A stretch of DNA of 64,000 nucleotides from Spirochaetia bacterium (GTDB lineage Bacteria; Spirochaetota; Spirochaetia; SZUA-6; Bin103). The stretch spans positions 960,001 through 1,024,000 of the forward strand of contig OZ241863.1 in assembly GCA_965203055.1 (NCBI GenBank), written 5' to 3'. Positions within the stretch are counted from its first letter, which is position 1, and each line of letters opens with the position of its first letter. The notes beneath the pieces are model-generated. The model saw only the letters and a list, made by a program, of their open reading frames with translations, did no database searches and had not been told where the DNA came from. Position numbers and translations under genes: made by a program. Positions 17,128 to 27,423 of this stretch are shown one piece after another.

Positions 17128-19209
17128 CTACTGCTCAAAGTACCATTGTTCGTGCAGGTACGGCGCGGTGAACATGTTGGCCCAGATGCCCCAAAGCCTG
17201 CCATCTTCGAGGGGAACGTTCTTGAGCTTCTTGTTGAGCGGAATGACGCGCCCCATCATGCCGACGGTACCTATCTGGTACACGTTTTCGCTGTGCAGGT
17301 CGAAAATCGCGTGCATGTGGTCGACGTACTCCTGCGTCCCCGACGTAAGGTACATCATGTCTTCGAGGCGCTGGTAGTATTCTTTGATCTCCTCGGGAGG
17401 CTCCTCTCCGCTGTCTCCCTTCGTGTTCCACCACTGTTCCCACTTCGGGGCGGCTCCGGTACTCATCGCGCCCAAACGCAGATTCCAGAACTTGAGCATT
17501 CGCCCGGTGGCTTCCAACTCCGCCGCGGAGAAGGACCAGATCGTTACCTCAGTCTCGGCATTGCCGATCATGGTGTGATAGAGGCCGCGTTCCGTGGTCT
17601 TCACGTTCGTACGAATTCCGACCTCGTCCCAGTACTCCTTGACCAGCTCAGCCTGCGCCTCCCACGAAGGAACCTCACCGGTGTGCTGTATCATGACGCT
17701 GAACTTGTTACCGTCAGGCCCAAGACGAAATCCGTCGGCGTCCCGCTCGTTCAGTCCCATTTCGTCGAGCAGCGCTGCCGCGGCATCGGGATCGAACCGC
17801 GCGTAGGGATGCCGCTCACCCCATTCGGGCTTGTAGAACGAGACGGCAGGATGGAGCGCCGCGGCGCGCGGGGTGCCGGTGTCCTGAAACACGATCTCGT
17901 TGATTTCGTCCCGATCTATCGCCACTGACAGCGCCCGGCGAAACCGAACATCCTGGAACACCTGGCGCTTGATCGGGTCCACTTGATTGAGATTGAACGT
18001 GAAAATCGCGTCTGACCCCTGCGTATCCTTCAGCAGAACGACCCGGTAACCGCCGGCTTCTTCATTGTTCTTGAACAACGGATAATCTTCCAGGCTCGTG
18101 TACGAATTGTAGTCGATCTCACCGGCAATCGTCTTCAGTTTCCGCACTTCCGAATCGGCGATGATGAGCCTCATGATCCGGTCTATGTAGGGCAACTGGT
18201 TGCCCGCGGTATCAACCGCGAAGTAGTACGGATTACGCACGTACAACCCATGATCCGGGTTTATCTCACCGAGCAGCCACGGTCCGGCATGGGGAAGGTC
18301 CGGATCACCCTGAGCGGCGTGGGTGTTCGCATGGAAGTTGAACGCCTGCGACCAGTTATCGTAACCTTCTTCCTTCGCTACTTCCTCAGCATCGGCATTG
18401 TAGGCGGGATGCCACTTCCGTAGATAATGCTTGGGATTGTAGAACCCGGCCGACCATTTCTTCTGCGATCCCTCGTGATGGCCAAGTCCGATGAGCGCAA
18501 GCTGGTACGGGACTTGAAAGCTCAGTTGAACACTGTAGTCGTCGAGTTTTACCAGCTCGGCGACTTCCCCGCCCGGAGTCCAGAAGCTCGGCGTCGCCGG
18601 CGTCAGCGTTTCGTTCAGCACGATGTCGTTCCAGGTGAAGAGTACGTCGTCGGCCGTAAAGGGGGCGCCGTCGGACCACTTCAACCCCTGTCGCAGCGTG
18701 ATCGTGAGGGTCTTGTAGTCATCAGAGAATGCGTAGCCCTTCGCGATGTTCGGCAGGACCTCGGTGGCCGCGGTATTCAACCTGAATATGGACGCCTTCT
18801 TGAAGAAGTAGGGGTCGTTCGCGCAAGCCTGGCAAGTGGTGACGGTTCGTAGTATGCCGCCGTACTGACCCACCTGCTCGTACGGCTTGACCACCATGAC
18901 GTCGCCGCCGGCGGGCAGCCGCTGCTCCACGGGAGGCAGTTCGCCGGCATTCACCTGTTCGCGCAGCATGGGAGCTTCGTCGAACTCGGAGATGGTGTTG
19001 CCGGTGGCCTGTTCATAATCTCCAAGGGTTGCCCAAAGGTAGTCGCCGGTCACGAATTCGCCGGTTCTCACCGGGCCTTCAGCCTCGCGGGAAGAGGCAG
19101 CCGGTGCTTCCTCTGCTCCTTCTTCGCCGCCGGCGGCCCAGAGGCCGGTCGCGGCAAGGGTCAAGCCAAACAGTACCGCAAGGCTCGTCCTGAACGTTCT
19201 TTCTCTCAT
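17128..19209 (-). CDS. ABC substrate-binding protein, family 5 (likely oligosaccharide-binding)
   Basis: Signal peptide, LPPVEQRLP, KWSDGAPFTADDV, RNPYYFAVDTAGNQLPYID. Confidence 0.9.
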   Translation of the reverse strand: MRERTFRTSLAVLFGLTLAATGLWAAGGEEGAEEAPAASSREAEGPVRTGEFVTGDYLWATLGDYEQATGNTISEFDEAPMLREQVNAGELPPVEQRLPAGGDVMVVKPYEQVGQYGGILRTVTTCQACANDPYFFKKASIFRLNTAATEVLPNIAKGYAFSDDYKTLTITLRQGLKWSDGAPFTADDVLFTWNDIVLNETLTPATPSFWTPGGEVAELVKLDDYSVQLSFQVPYQLALIGLGHHEGSQKKWSAGFYNPKHYLRKWHPAYNADAEEVAKEEGYDNWSQAFNFHANTHAAQGDPDLPHAGPWLLGEINPDHGLYVRNPYYFAVDTAGNQLPYIDRIMRLIIADSEVRKLKTIAGEIDYNSYTSLEDYPLFKNNEEAGGYRVVLLKDTQGSDAIFTFNLNQVDPIKRQVFQDVRFRRALSVAIDRDEINEIVFQDTGTPRAAALHPAVSFYKPEWGERHPYARFDPDAAAALLDEMGLNERDADGFRLGPDGNKFSVMIQHTGEVPSWEAQAELVKEYWDEVGIRTNVKTTERGLYHTMIGNAETEVTIWSFSAAELEATGRMLKFWNLRLGAMSTGAAPKWEQWWNTKGDSGEEPPEEIKEYYQRLEDMMYLTSGTQEYVDHMHAIFDLHSENVYQIGTVGMMGRVIPLNKKLKNVPLEDGRLWGIWANMFTAPYLHEQWYFEQ

Positions 19210-19323
19210 GGAACAGGTCTCCTTCGATCCTTTCTCAAGAGCGCTGAGGTCACCGCCGGCCTCTTCTGCGCTAGTCGGAGTTGAGGACGGTAGCGGCGAG
19301 GTTGCCCGGTCACCCGCGCGTTG

Positions 19324-20184
19324 TCAAGCGCTCGCGCTCCTCCACAGGCGATCCAACGCTTCCGAGACCTCGGCTGCGGCCTGCTTCGGGTCTTGTTCGG
19401 CGACCGCGTTGATGCGCGCGTTGAACGGTTCGGTCGTCACCGGCCCGTCGTAGCCCCGCGCGCGCAGCTTCCGCAGAAAACCGGGAAGGTCGATCTGGCC
19501 GGTTTCCAGGGGCAGGAATCGCTCGTTGTCGATGAGCTGATCCAGCGGAGTGTCGGCCGGAGCATCGCTTACGTGAACCGTCACGACGTCGCCGGCAGAG
19601 ATGCGGTCGAGGTCGGCCGGCGAACCGCCCGAGGAATAGAGGTGCCAGGCGTCCAGCAGCAGGCCCACGTTGCCGGTGCCGATTTCCTCCGCCAGCTCGA
19701 TCATCCGGTCCATGGTATGGATGAACTCGTAGCGGCGCCCGGCGCGCAGCGTCGATGGGCCAAGGAATTCGAGCCCGAGCCGGCAGTCGTACTCGCGCAG
19801 AATCTCGGCGATGGCGCGGAATCGTTCGGTATGCCAACGCAGGTTCTCGGCGTAATCCAACTCGTCGGACCAGGAGAGGCACCACGTCGCCGTGCGCCTG
19901 CACCCGAGCTCGCGGCCGAGCTCGGCAAGCCGCGGCAACTCGATCAGGTCGCGCCGCCACTCGTCGGTCCGCCACGCCACCGGCAACGACCAGAGACCGG
20001 GGCGCACGCCCGCCCCGGAGAAGAGCGACCGCACGTGTTCGACGCCGTGCGCGCCGGAGAGCGTTCGCGCCTCACGGATGTCGAAATCGATTCCGGAGTA
20101 GCCCGTTGCTGCGGCCAGCTCGACGGTCTCGGCAAGTGAGATTCCGCGAATGCCAATCGCTCGGGCGTTGAGATTCTTGAACAT
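19324..20184 (-). CDS. Sugar phosphate isomerase/epimerase (TIM barrel)
   Basis: GLEF, LLDAWH, VHVSD, GYDGPVTTEPF. Confidence 0.85.
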   Translation of the reverse strand: MFKNLNARAIGIRGISLAETVELAAATGYSGIDFDIREARTLSGAHGVEHVRSLFSGAGVRPGLWSLPVAWRTDEWRRDLIELPRLAELGRELGCRRTATWCLSWSDELDYAENLRWHTERFRAIAEILREYDCRLGLEFLGPSTLRAGRRYEFIHTMDRMIELAEEIGTGNVGLLLDAWHLYSSGGSPADLDRISAGDVVTVHVSDAPADTPLDQLIDNERFLPLETGQIDLPGFLRKLRARGYDGPVTTEPFNARINAVAEQDPKQAAAEVSEALDRLWRSASA

Positions 20185-20287
20185 CGCCGGTCACCTATAG
20201 CCGCGGCCGACGGCCTCGTCAAGGAGAGCTTTGGGCTGGGGAGGGGCCTTTGGCCGCCGGGTAGTCTATGATGAAGGCTGCTGAACG

Positions 20288-23200
20288 ATGCCTGCATCTG
20301 ATCCGAACACGCGCGCGCACCTGGAATGGCTGGGGTTCATCCAGCCGCACGGTCTGGTGGTGTCGCCGCCGGCGCTGCTCAAGGCGGGCGCGTTCGTCAA
20401 CCGGCAGGATACCCACCGGCAAGCGCTGCTCGCCGGCTGCGCCGAGGAACGCGAGCTCGCTCCCGACCGGCCGCCCACCGCGTGCATCCGCGACTTCCGC
20501 GAGTTCGCCGGTACGGTGCTCGGCTGGGGATTCTCGCCCCGGGGCTACGCCGGCTTCACTGAAGAAACTCCGATCCCTGAAGAACTCACGCTGCCGCTGC
20601 CCGATTACGGCGAGACCCTGCGCCCCGACTTCGCGGTGCGCGAACGCGACCCGGCGAACGGCGACTCGCCGTGGCAACTGCTGGTGCAGGTGCTGGCCGC
20701 CGGCCAGGAGTTCGACCGTCCGGCGCCCGGCCCCGGCGGGCTGGACGCATCCGCCCAGGGGCGCGCGGAACGCCTGCTGCGCGCCACCGGGGTGCGCGCC
20801 GGCGTGCTGGTCAACGGAGTTGCGCTGCGCCTGATCTCCGCCCCGCACGGCGAGAGTTCCGGCTGGATGGATTTCCGCTTCGCCGACCTGCTCACCACCG
20901 CCGGACGCCCGCTCTGCTCCGCCCTGCACCTGCTTCTGTCCGAACAGCGCCTGCTGGCGTTGCCGCGCCATGAACGCCTCACCGCCGTGCTGGCCGACAG
21001 CCGCCTCTACCAGAACGAGGTCTCCGAGCGCTTGGCCGAGCAGGTGCTGCATGCGTTGTACGAACTGGTACGCGGCTTCCAGAACGCCCATGCCGCCACC
21101 GACGGCGCGCTGCTGAGCGAGCCGCTGGCCGCCGGCGGGGACCGCAACGCCATCTACCGCGGGCTGCTGACCGTGATCCTGCGGCTGGTGTTCCTGCTGT
21201 ACGCGGAGGAGCGCGGCCTGCTGCCGAAGGACGAGACCTTTGCGCGCCACTACTTGCTGGGAGGCCTCTACCGGCGGCTGCGCAAGGACGCTGCGGCCTA
21301 CCCGGACACGATGGATCAGCGCTATGGCGCCTGGGCGCAGTTGGTGGTGCTGTTTCGCCTGCTCCACGACGGGGTTGCGGCGGACCGCACCGGCGGCGCG
21401 GTGAGTCTGCCGGAGCGCCGCGGTGCGCTGTTCGATCCGGACCGCTACCGGTTCCTGGAAGGCCGTAGCGGCGGCGGGTCGCGGCAGCGGCATGCGCGGC
21501 TGGAGCCGCCGCGGGTGTCGGACGGGGTGGTCTACCGGGTGCTGGAAAAGCTGCTGGTGCTGGACGGGGAGCGGCTCTCCTACCGGACGCTGGACGTGGA
21601 GCAGATCGGCTCGGTGTACGAGACGATCATGGGGTTTCGGCTGGAGACCGCGACCGGGCGCTCGCTGGCGGTCAAGCCGGGCAAGAAGCTGGGCGCGCCC
21701 ACCACCATCGACCTCGACGCGCTGCTGGCGCAGCCTTCGGGGCGCCGCGGGCGCTGGCTGCAGGAGCGCGCCGACCGCCCCGTCAGCGCCGCGGTCGCCA
21801 AGGGGCTGCGCGCCGCGCGGACGGTGAACGACCTGCACGCGGCGCTGGACCGGGTGCTGGACCACGCTGCGACGCCGGACCTGGTGCCGCGCGGCGGGCT
21901 GGTGCTGCAGCCCAACGAGGAGCGGCGCCGTTCCGGCTCGCACTACACGCCGCGCGAGCTGACCGAGCCGATCGTGCGCCACACCCTGGCGCCGCTGCTG
22001 GAGCGGCTACGCGCCGCGGACGGCGGCGCGCCGCGCCCGGAGCAGGTGCTCGAACTCAAGATCTGCGATCCGGCGATGGGCTCGGGGGCGTTTCTGGTGG
22101 AGACCTGCCGCCAGCTTGCCGACGCGCTGATCGAGGCGTGGGCCGCGCACGGCGCCGCGCCCGACGTTCCGCCGGACGAGGACGAGGTGACCTTCGCGCG
22201 CCGGCTGGTGGCGCAGAAGTGTCTGTACGGCATCGACCGCAACCCGATGGCGGTGGACTTGGCCAAGGTGTCGCTGTGGCTGAGCACGCTGGCGCGCGAC
22301 CATCCGTTCACCTTCGTGGACCACGCCTTCCGCCGCGGCGATTCGCTCCTCGGGCTGACGCGGCGGCAGCTCGAAGCGCTGCACTGGCAGGGCGGGCAGC
22401 CGATCCTGGCCGGCTTCGGGGTGCGCGAGGCGATGGAACAGGCCGCGGCGTTGCGGCGCCGGATTCGGGAAGCGGACGACACCGTGACCGACCGGCAGTT
22501 GCAGCGTCTGTGGCGCCGCGCGCAGGACGCGCTGGCCGAGGTGCGGCGGTTCGGCGATCTGACGCTGGCGGCGTTCTTCGAGGGCTCGAAGCCGAAGGAG
22601 CGCGCGGCGCGTCTGGAGGCATATCAGGAAGCGATCCTGACGCGGCAGGCGCGGCGCTACGCCGCGGAGTTGAAGGCGCGCCGTAACGCCGAGGTGCCGT
22701 TTGCGCCGTTTCACTGGGAGATCGAGTTTCCGGAGGTGTTCGAGCGGGAGAACCCCGGCTTCGACGGCTTCGTCGGCAACCCGCCGTTCGCGGGCAAGAA
22801 CAACGTTGCCGCCGGCAACGTCGCCGGCTATCCGAGCTGGCTGAAGGAACTACACGCGCGGAGCCACGGCAACGCCGACCTGGTGGCGCACTTCTACCGG
22901 CGCGCGTTCGACCTGCTGCGCGGCGGCGGCGCGTTCGGTCTGATCGCCACCAACACGATCGCCCAGGGTGACACCCGTTCCAGCGGCCTGCGCTGGATCT
23001 GCGAACGGGGCGGGGAAATCTACCGCGCCGTCAAGCGCGTCAAATGGCCGGGCGATGCGGCGGTGGTGGTCAGTGTGGTGCACGTGGAGAAGGGGCAAGT
23101 TTGTCGGCAGAAGATGCTCGACGGCGTCCCGGTGGACCGCATCACCGCGTTCCTGTTCCATCGCGGCGGTCACGCCGACCCGGTGCGGCTTGCGGCGAAC

Positions 23201-24340
23201 GCCGGCAAGAGCTTTGTCGGGAGCTACATACTCGGCATGGGATTCACCTTCGACGACACCGACCGGAAGGGAGTCGCGTCATCGCTCGCCGAGATGCGGC
23301 GGCTGGTCGCTCAGGAACCGCGCAATCGGGAAGTGATCTTCCCCTACATCGGCGGCGAGGAGTTGAACACCGGCCCCACTCACGCGCCTCATCGCTACGT
23401 CATCAACTTTCACGACTGGCCCCTGCACCGGGCGAAGATCGGAGAATCGTGGGCCGCGGCTGACGCGGAGCGAAGGCGAGCGTTACGGCGCCGTCCGCTC
23501 GTGCCGCACGACTACCCCGGCCCGGTTGCGGCCGATTGGCCGGACCTGCTGAGAATCGTCGAGTCGAAGGCCAAGCCAGAGCGCGACGTTCAGAACCGTA
23601 AAGCACTTCGAGAGCGTTGGTGGCATTACGCCGAAAAGCGACCGGGCCTCTACGCCGCCATCGCTGGCCTGGACCGAGTGCTGGTAGTCTCCCGTGTCGG
23701 CCAACACGCGGCATTTACCTTCCTCCCAAGAGACATGGTGTACGCGGAATCCATGATCGTCTTTCCGTTGACTTCGTACGCCGCACTCTGCGCATTACAA
23801 TCCCGCCCTCACGAAGTTTGGGTCCGTTTCTTCGGATCGTCGCTGGAAGAACGGCTCCGCTACACCCCTTCCGACTGCTTCGAGACCTTCCCGTTCCCGG
23901 AAGGCTGGGAAACTCATCCCGACCTCGAAGCCGCCGGCAAGGCGTATTACGAGTACCGCGCCGCGCTCATGGTGGACAACGGCGAAGGCATGACCGGCAC
24001 CTACAACCGCTTCCACGACCTCTACGAGACCGACCCGCGCATCGCCGAGCTCCGCGAGATGCACACCGCCATGGACCGCGCCGTGCTCGACGCCTACGGC
24101 TGGACCGACATTCCCACCGCCTGCGGCCTCCTCCTCGACTACGCGATCGACGAAGCCTCCTGGGGCCGCAAGAAGAAGCCGTACCGCTGGCGTTGGCCCG
24201 ACGAAGTCCGCGACGAAGTGCTCGCCCGCCTCCTCGCCCTCAACGCCGACCGCGCCGCCGCCGAAGCCCGCGCCGGCACCGCCGCCGGCCCCTCGCCCGC
24301 TGCCGAAGGCGGAAGTGGACCGGATCATGCTATCGTCTGA
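20288..24340 (+). CDS. Large N6-adenine DNA methyltransferase, type IIG/Eco57I-like (resembles DISARM DrmMI)
   Basis: GSHYTP, ICDPAMGSGAF (motif I), GNPPF (motif IV), FHWEIEFPEVF, C-terminal RYTPSDCFETFPFP; 1350 aa. Confidence 0.88.
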   Translation: MPASDPNTRAHLEWLGFIQPHGLVVSPPALLKAGAFVNRQDTHRQALLAGCAEERELAPDRPPTACIRDFREFAGTVLGWGFSPRGYAGFTEETPIPEELTLPLPDYGETLRPDFAVRERDPANGDSPWQLLVQVLAAGQEFDRPAPGPGGLDASAQGRAERLLRATGVRAGVLVNGVALRLISAPHGESSGWMDFRFADLLTTAGRPLCSALHLLLSEQRLLALPRHERLTAVLADSRLYQNEVSERLAEQVLHALYELVRGFQNAHAATDGALLSEPLAAGGDRNAIYRGLLTVILRLVFLLYAEERGLLPKDETFARHYLLGGLYRRLRKDAAAYPDTMDQRYGAWAQLVVLFRLLHDGVAADRTGGAVSLPERRGALFDPDRYRFLEGRSGGGSRQRHARLEPPRVSDGVVYRVLEKLLVLDGERLSYRTLDVEQIGSVYETIMGFRLETATGRSLAVKPGKKLGAPTTIDLDALLAQPSGRRGRWLQERADRPVSAAVAKGLRAARTVNDLHAALDRVLDHAATPDLVPRGGLVLQPNEERRRSGSHYTPRELTEPIVRHTLAPLLERLRAADGGAPRPEQVLELKICDPAMGSGAFLVETCRQLADALIEAWAAHGAAPDVPPDEDEVTFARRLVAQKCLYGIDRNPMAVDLAKVSLWLSTLARDHPFTFVDHAFRRGDSLLGLTRRQLEALHWQGGQPILAGFGVREAMEQAAALRRRIREADDTVTDRQLQRLWRRAQDALAEVRRFGDLTLAAFFEGSKPKERAARLEAYQEAILTRQARRYAAELKARRNAEVPFAPFHWEIEFPEVFERENPGFDGFVGNPPFAGKNNVAAGNVAGYPSWLKELHARSHGNADLVAHFYRRAFDLLRGGGAFGLIATNTIAQGDTRSSGLRWICERGGEIYRAVKRVKWPGDAAVVVSVVHVEKGQVCRQKMLDGVPVDRITAFLFHRGGHADPVRLAANAGKSFVGSYILGMGFTFDDTDRKGVASSLAEMRRLVAQEPRNREVIFPYIGGEELNTGPTHAPHRYVINFHDWPLHRAKIGESWAAADAERRRALRRRPLVPHDYPGPVAADWPDLLRIVESKAKPERDVQNRKALRERWWHYAEKRPGLYAAIAGLDRVLVVSRVGQHAAFTFLPRDMVYAESMIVFPLTSYAALCALQSRPHEVWVRFFGSSLEERLRYTPSDCFETFPFPEGWETHPDLEAAGKAYYEYRAALMVDNGEGMTGTYNRFHDLYETDPRIAELREMHTAMDRAVLDAYGWTDIPTACGLLLDYAIDEASWGRKKKPYRWRWPDEVRDEVLARLLALNADRAAAEARAGTAAGPSPAAEGGSGPDHAIV

Positions 24341-24362
24341 GCGCTTGGAGGGATTAGGCGCC

Positions 24363-25199
24363 ATGACCAGCTCTACGCTCGCTCCCGCTGCTATCGAGTA
24401 CCCCACCGAGGACGGTGTCCCTATGGCCGAAACCGATGCCCAGGGCATCCCGCTCATGTACGCGGTCACCGGACTGCGCGATTTCTTCCTCTGCCGTCCC
24501 GACGTCTATGTTTCCGGCAACCTGCTGATCTACTACCAGGAGGGCAACTTCGATGCCTCGGTAGCGCCCGACGTGTTCGTGGTGTTCGGGGTGCCGAACC
24601 ACATCCGGCCGACGTACAAGGTGTGGGAGGAGGGCAAGAGCCCGGACTTCGTAATGGAGATCACCTCGCGCCACACGCGGCGCAAGGATCAGGGGGCGAA
24701 GCGGGAGTTGTACGAGTCGCTGGGGGTGCAGGAGTACTGGCAGTACGATCCGACGGGAGACTACCTGGAGCCGCGGTTGCGCGGCATGCGTCTGATGGGC
24801 GGAGAGTACGAGGAGCTGACGGAGACCCGGCTGGGGGACGGAACGCTGGTGATGTACAGCGCGGTGCTGGGGCTGGAAGTACGGATCGAGGAAGGGGAGC
24901 TGCGCTTTCACGACCCTGAGACGGGAGAGAGCATATCGACGTTCACCGAGCAACGACAGGGGCGGCAGCAGGCCGAACGGGAGTGGCAGCAGGAGCGGTT
25001 GGCGCGACAGCAGGCCGAACGGGAGCGGCAGCAGGAGCGGAAGGCACGGCGGCAGGCGGAGCGGGAGCGGCAGCAGGCGGAACAGGCACGGCAGCAGGCG
25101 GAAGCCGCGCGTCATGCGGCGGAAGCGCAGGTGGCAGAGCTGCGGGCACTGCTGGCGCGGCAGCACGATCCCGGCGCTGACTCCGGTCCGGGGCGGTAA
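24363..25199 (+). CDS. Uma2 (DUF820) family endonuclease-fold protein with coiled-coil tail
   Basis: YPTEDGVPMAE, APDVFVV, PDFVMEITS, GVQEYWQYDP. Confidence 0.9.
   Translation: MTSSTLAPAAIEYPTEDGVPMAETDAQGIPLMYAVTGLRDFFLCRPDVYVSGNLLIYYQEGNFDASVAPDVFVVFGVPNHIRPTYKVWEEGKSPDFVMEITSRHTRRKDQGAKRELYESLGVQEYWQYDPTGDYLEPRLRGMRLMGGEYEELTETRLGDGTLVMYSAVLGLEVRIEEGELRFHDPETGESISTFTEQRQGRQQAEREWQQERLARQQAERERQQERKARRQAERERQQAEQARQQAEAARHAAEAQVAELRALLARQHDPGADSGPGR
24960..25105 (+). repeat. Degenerate 21-bp tandem repeats encoding heptads (RQQAERE)
   Basis: Repeated CAGCAGGCCGAACGGGAG-type units. Confidence 0.75.
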
Positions 25200-25251
25200 A
25201 ACGCACTCTGCGGCCACCGACGGCGAAGCCGCCGGCAGTCTCGCTTCTTGC

Positions 25252-25280
25252 TTGACCGGCCGCCGGGGCGGACCTAATCT
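25252..25280 (+). promoter_or_regulatory. Putative sigma70 promoter
   Basis: TTGACC-N17-TAATCT just upstream of the dehydrogenase start. Confidence 0.5.
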
Positions 25281-25289
25281 GCCTTGGAG

Positions 25290-26324
25290 ATGCGAATAAG
25301 CAACCGCAAGATCGTCTTTGCCGCGCCGCAGACGGTGGAGGTTCAGCAAGAAGAGGTCAGTACCGATGATCTTGGACCTGACGAGCTGCTCGTCGAGTCC
25401 CTCTACTCGGTGGTGAGCGCGGGTACCGAGCTCGCCTGCCTGTCGGGTCGGGAAGCCTGGTTCTCGTTGCCGCGGGTGCCGGGCTACGCCGCGGTCGGAC
25501 GCGTCGCGGCGGCGGGCAGCTCGGTGACCGAAGCGCGCGAGGGCGACGTGGTTCTGCACTACGGCGGTCACCAGTCCTGCAATCGAAGAAAGCGGGGCGA
25601 CTTCCTGCTGCCGGTGCCGCCGGGAATCGACGGGAAGGTGGCCGCGATGACCCGGCTTGCCACGGTCGCCTTCACCAGCATACGGGTTTCCGGCATCGAA
25701 GCGGGCGACTTCGTGGTGGTGGCCGGTCTCGGCCCGGTGGGCAATCTGGCCGCCCAGCTCGCCCAGATCCAGGGCGGCCGCGTGATCGGGGTGGACGTGA
25801 GCGCCGGGCGCATCGACCTTGCCAGGAAGTGCGGCATCGAGCAGACCATAGACGCCTCGCAGGAGGACGCGGCGGAACGGATCGCGGAGCTGACCGGCGG
25901 CGCCGGCGCCGCCTCGGTGATCGACGCCACCGGGAACCCGCGGGCGATCGTCGCCGAGCTGGATTGGGTGGCCAAGCAGGGGGAGCTGATTCTCCTGGGC
26001 ACGCCGCGCGGCGAGGTCCGGGGCGACCTGACGGAGTTGCTGAGCAGGGTGCATCTCTGGCCGCACGGCTGCGTCACGCTCAAGGGAGCGCACGAGTGGC
26101 GCTATCCCGTCATGCACGACCCCAACGCGAAGCACTCCCTGGAGCGCAACTCCCGCGTCGCGTGGTGGCTGCAACAGACCGGCAGGCTGCGGATGCACCA
26201 GTTGATCACCCACGTCGTGAGCCCCGACGACGCACCTGCGGTCTACGACGGCCTGCGGACGCGCAAGGACGAGTACCTGGGCGTGGTCTTCGATTGGTCG
26301 GCCGGCGCAAAGGAGCGCAATTAG
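25290..26324 (+). CDS. Zinc-binding/MDR family dehydrogenase (sugar-acid/polyol type)
   Basis: SVVSAGTE, PGYAAVG, GLGPVG. Confidence 0.85.
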   Translation: MRISNRKIVFAAPQTVEVQQEEVSTDDLGPDELLVESLYSVVSAGTELACLSGREAWFSLPRVPGYAAVGRVAAAGSSVTEAREGDVVLHYGGHQSCNRRKRGDFLLPVPPGIDGKVAAMTRLATVAFTSIRVSGIEAGDFVVVAGLGPVGNLAAQLAQIQGGRVIGVDVSAGRIDLARKCGIEQTIDASQEDAAERIAELTGGAGAASVIDATGNPRAIVAELDWVAKQGELILLGTPRGEVRGDLTELLSRVHLWPHGCVTLKGAHEWRYPVMHDPNAKHSLERNSRVAWWLQQTGRLRMHQLITHVVSPDDAPAVYDGLRTRKDEYLGVVFDWSAGAKERN

Positions 26325-26360
26325 GTCACAGACAACCAGTTAAACACGCATCTTATCCGG

Positions 26361-26462
26361 CTGTTCGGCGCGATGATGATGACGGCCTCCGTGCTCGTGG
26401 TGTTCGTCGCGCTGCAGCGCTACTTCACGCAGGGCATCGTGCTCTCCGGCCTCAAGGGATAG
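26361..26462 (+). pseudogene. C-terminal relic of a carbohydrate ABC permease (MalG-type)
   Basis: Manual translation LFGAMMMTASVLVVFVALQRYFTQGIVLSGLKG*. Confidence 0.75.
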
Positions 26463-26480
26463 TCCGGGACGCAGCGCCGG

Positions 26481-27383
26481 TCATCCCTCGTATTCGCCGC
26501 GCTCGCGGGCGAAGCGCTTGAGCTTGGCGAAGAAATCCTCGTGGATGAACCGCGCGTCGATGTCTTCGTAGACGCGAATCGGCCGATGCTCTCCGGTGTG
26601 CCGGTAATGCATGGTGGGCTCGAACTCCGGCGCCGGGCGCCAGCTCCATGCGCCGCAGTCCGGGTACATCAGCACGCCGACGCACGGGGAGTCGCCCAGC
26701 GAGCGGTACGGCATGGCGGTTGGCCGCGTGTTGCTGTTGTGCTCCACCAGTTGTTCGACCAGGTAGCGGCCGATCTTGCCGCACGGATATACCTTGTCGG
26801 CCAGCTCGGCGTAGCTTACCGGCATCCTCCGGTACACGGGCTGCGGGATCTGCCACACCTCGAGCCGGGACCGCATGATGACGTTGGCGGCGTTCACGTC
26901 GTTGGACAGGTTGTACTCGCGGCCGCCTTGCGGCCACTTCCCGCCGCCAATCCAGATCACGGTTACGTTGCGCGCTTCGATCGCCGGCTCCAGCAGCAGC
27001 GCGGACGCCATGTCGGTGAGCGGGCCGTAGAAGGCGACGTGCAAGGGCCGCGGATCGTCCCTCAGAGCCTGTTCGATGATCAGGCGCGCGCCCGGCGACT
27101 CGACCGGGGTGCGCTCGTCGGGCAGGGCACGTTCGCCGCCGTCGGCAACGTGGACCCGGCCGCGGAGGTCCATGAGATCGAGCAGCAGCATGGTCTCGTC
27201 GTGGCTGTCGCGCAGACTGTGGGCTGACTTTCCGGTCCCGAAGTGGGCGGGAATTACGCCGTGCAGCTCGAACGCGGGCGTAAGTATCGCGTGCACGATG
27301 GCGAACTGATCATCCGCTTCGTTCTTTGCGTCGGTGTTCACGATAACCCGAATCTTCTTGTCGGCCGGGAACTCGTACTGCAT
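26481..27383 (-). CDS. Nucleoside hydrolase family protein (atypical Asp motif)
   Basis: VIVNTDAKNEADDQFAI, GPLTD, WIGG, EYNL. Confidence 0.85.
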   Translation of the reverse strand: MQYEFPADKKIRVIVNTDAKNEADDQFAIVHAILTPAFELHGVIPAHFGTGKSAHSLRDSHDETMLLLDLMDLRGRVHVADGGERALPDERTPVESPGARLIIEQALRDDPRPLHVAFYGPLTDMASALLLEPAIEARNVTVIWIGGGKWPQGGREYNLSNDVNAANVIMRSRLEVWQIPQPVYRRMPVSYAELADKVYPCGKIGRYLVEQLVEHNSNTRPTAMPYRSLGDSPCVGVLMYPDCGAWSWRPAPEFEPTMHYRHTGEHRPIRVYEDIDARFIHEDFFAKLKRFARERGEYEG

Positions 27384-27423
27384 TGATCTTCTCCTGTTCA
27401 GGCGCGGTATCGACGGGATCCAC

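Noticed and set aside
10501..23980. Diversity-generating retroelement TR/VR pair
   Set aside because: Differences include indels and non-adenine changes, and there is no reverse transcriptase in the window.
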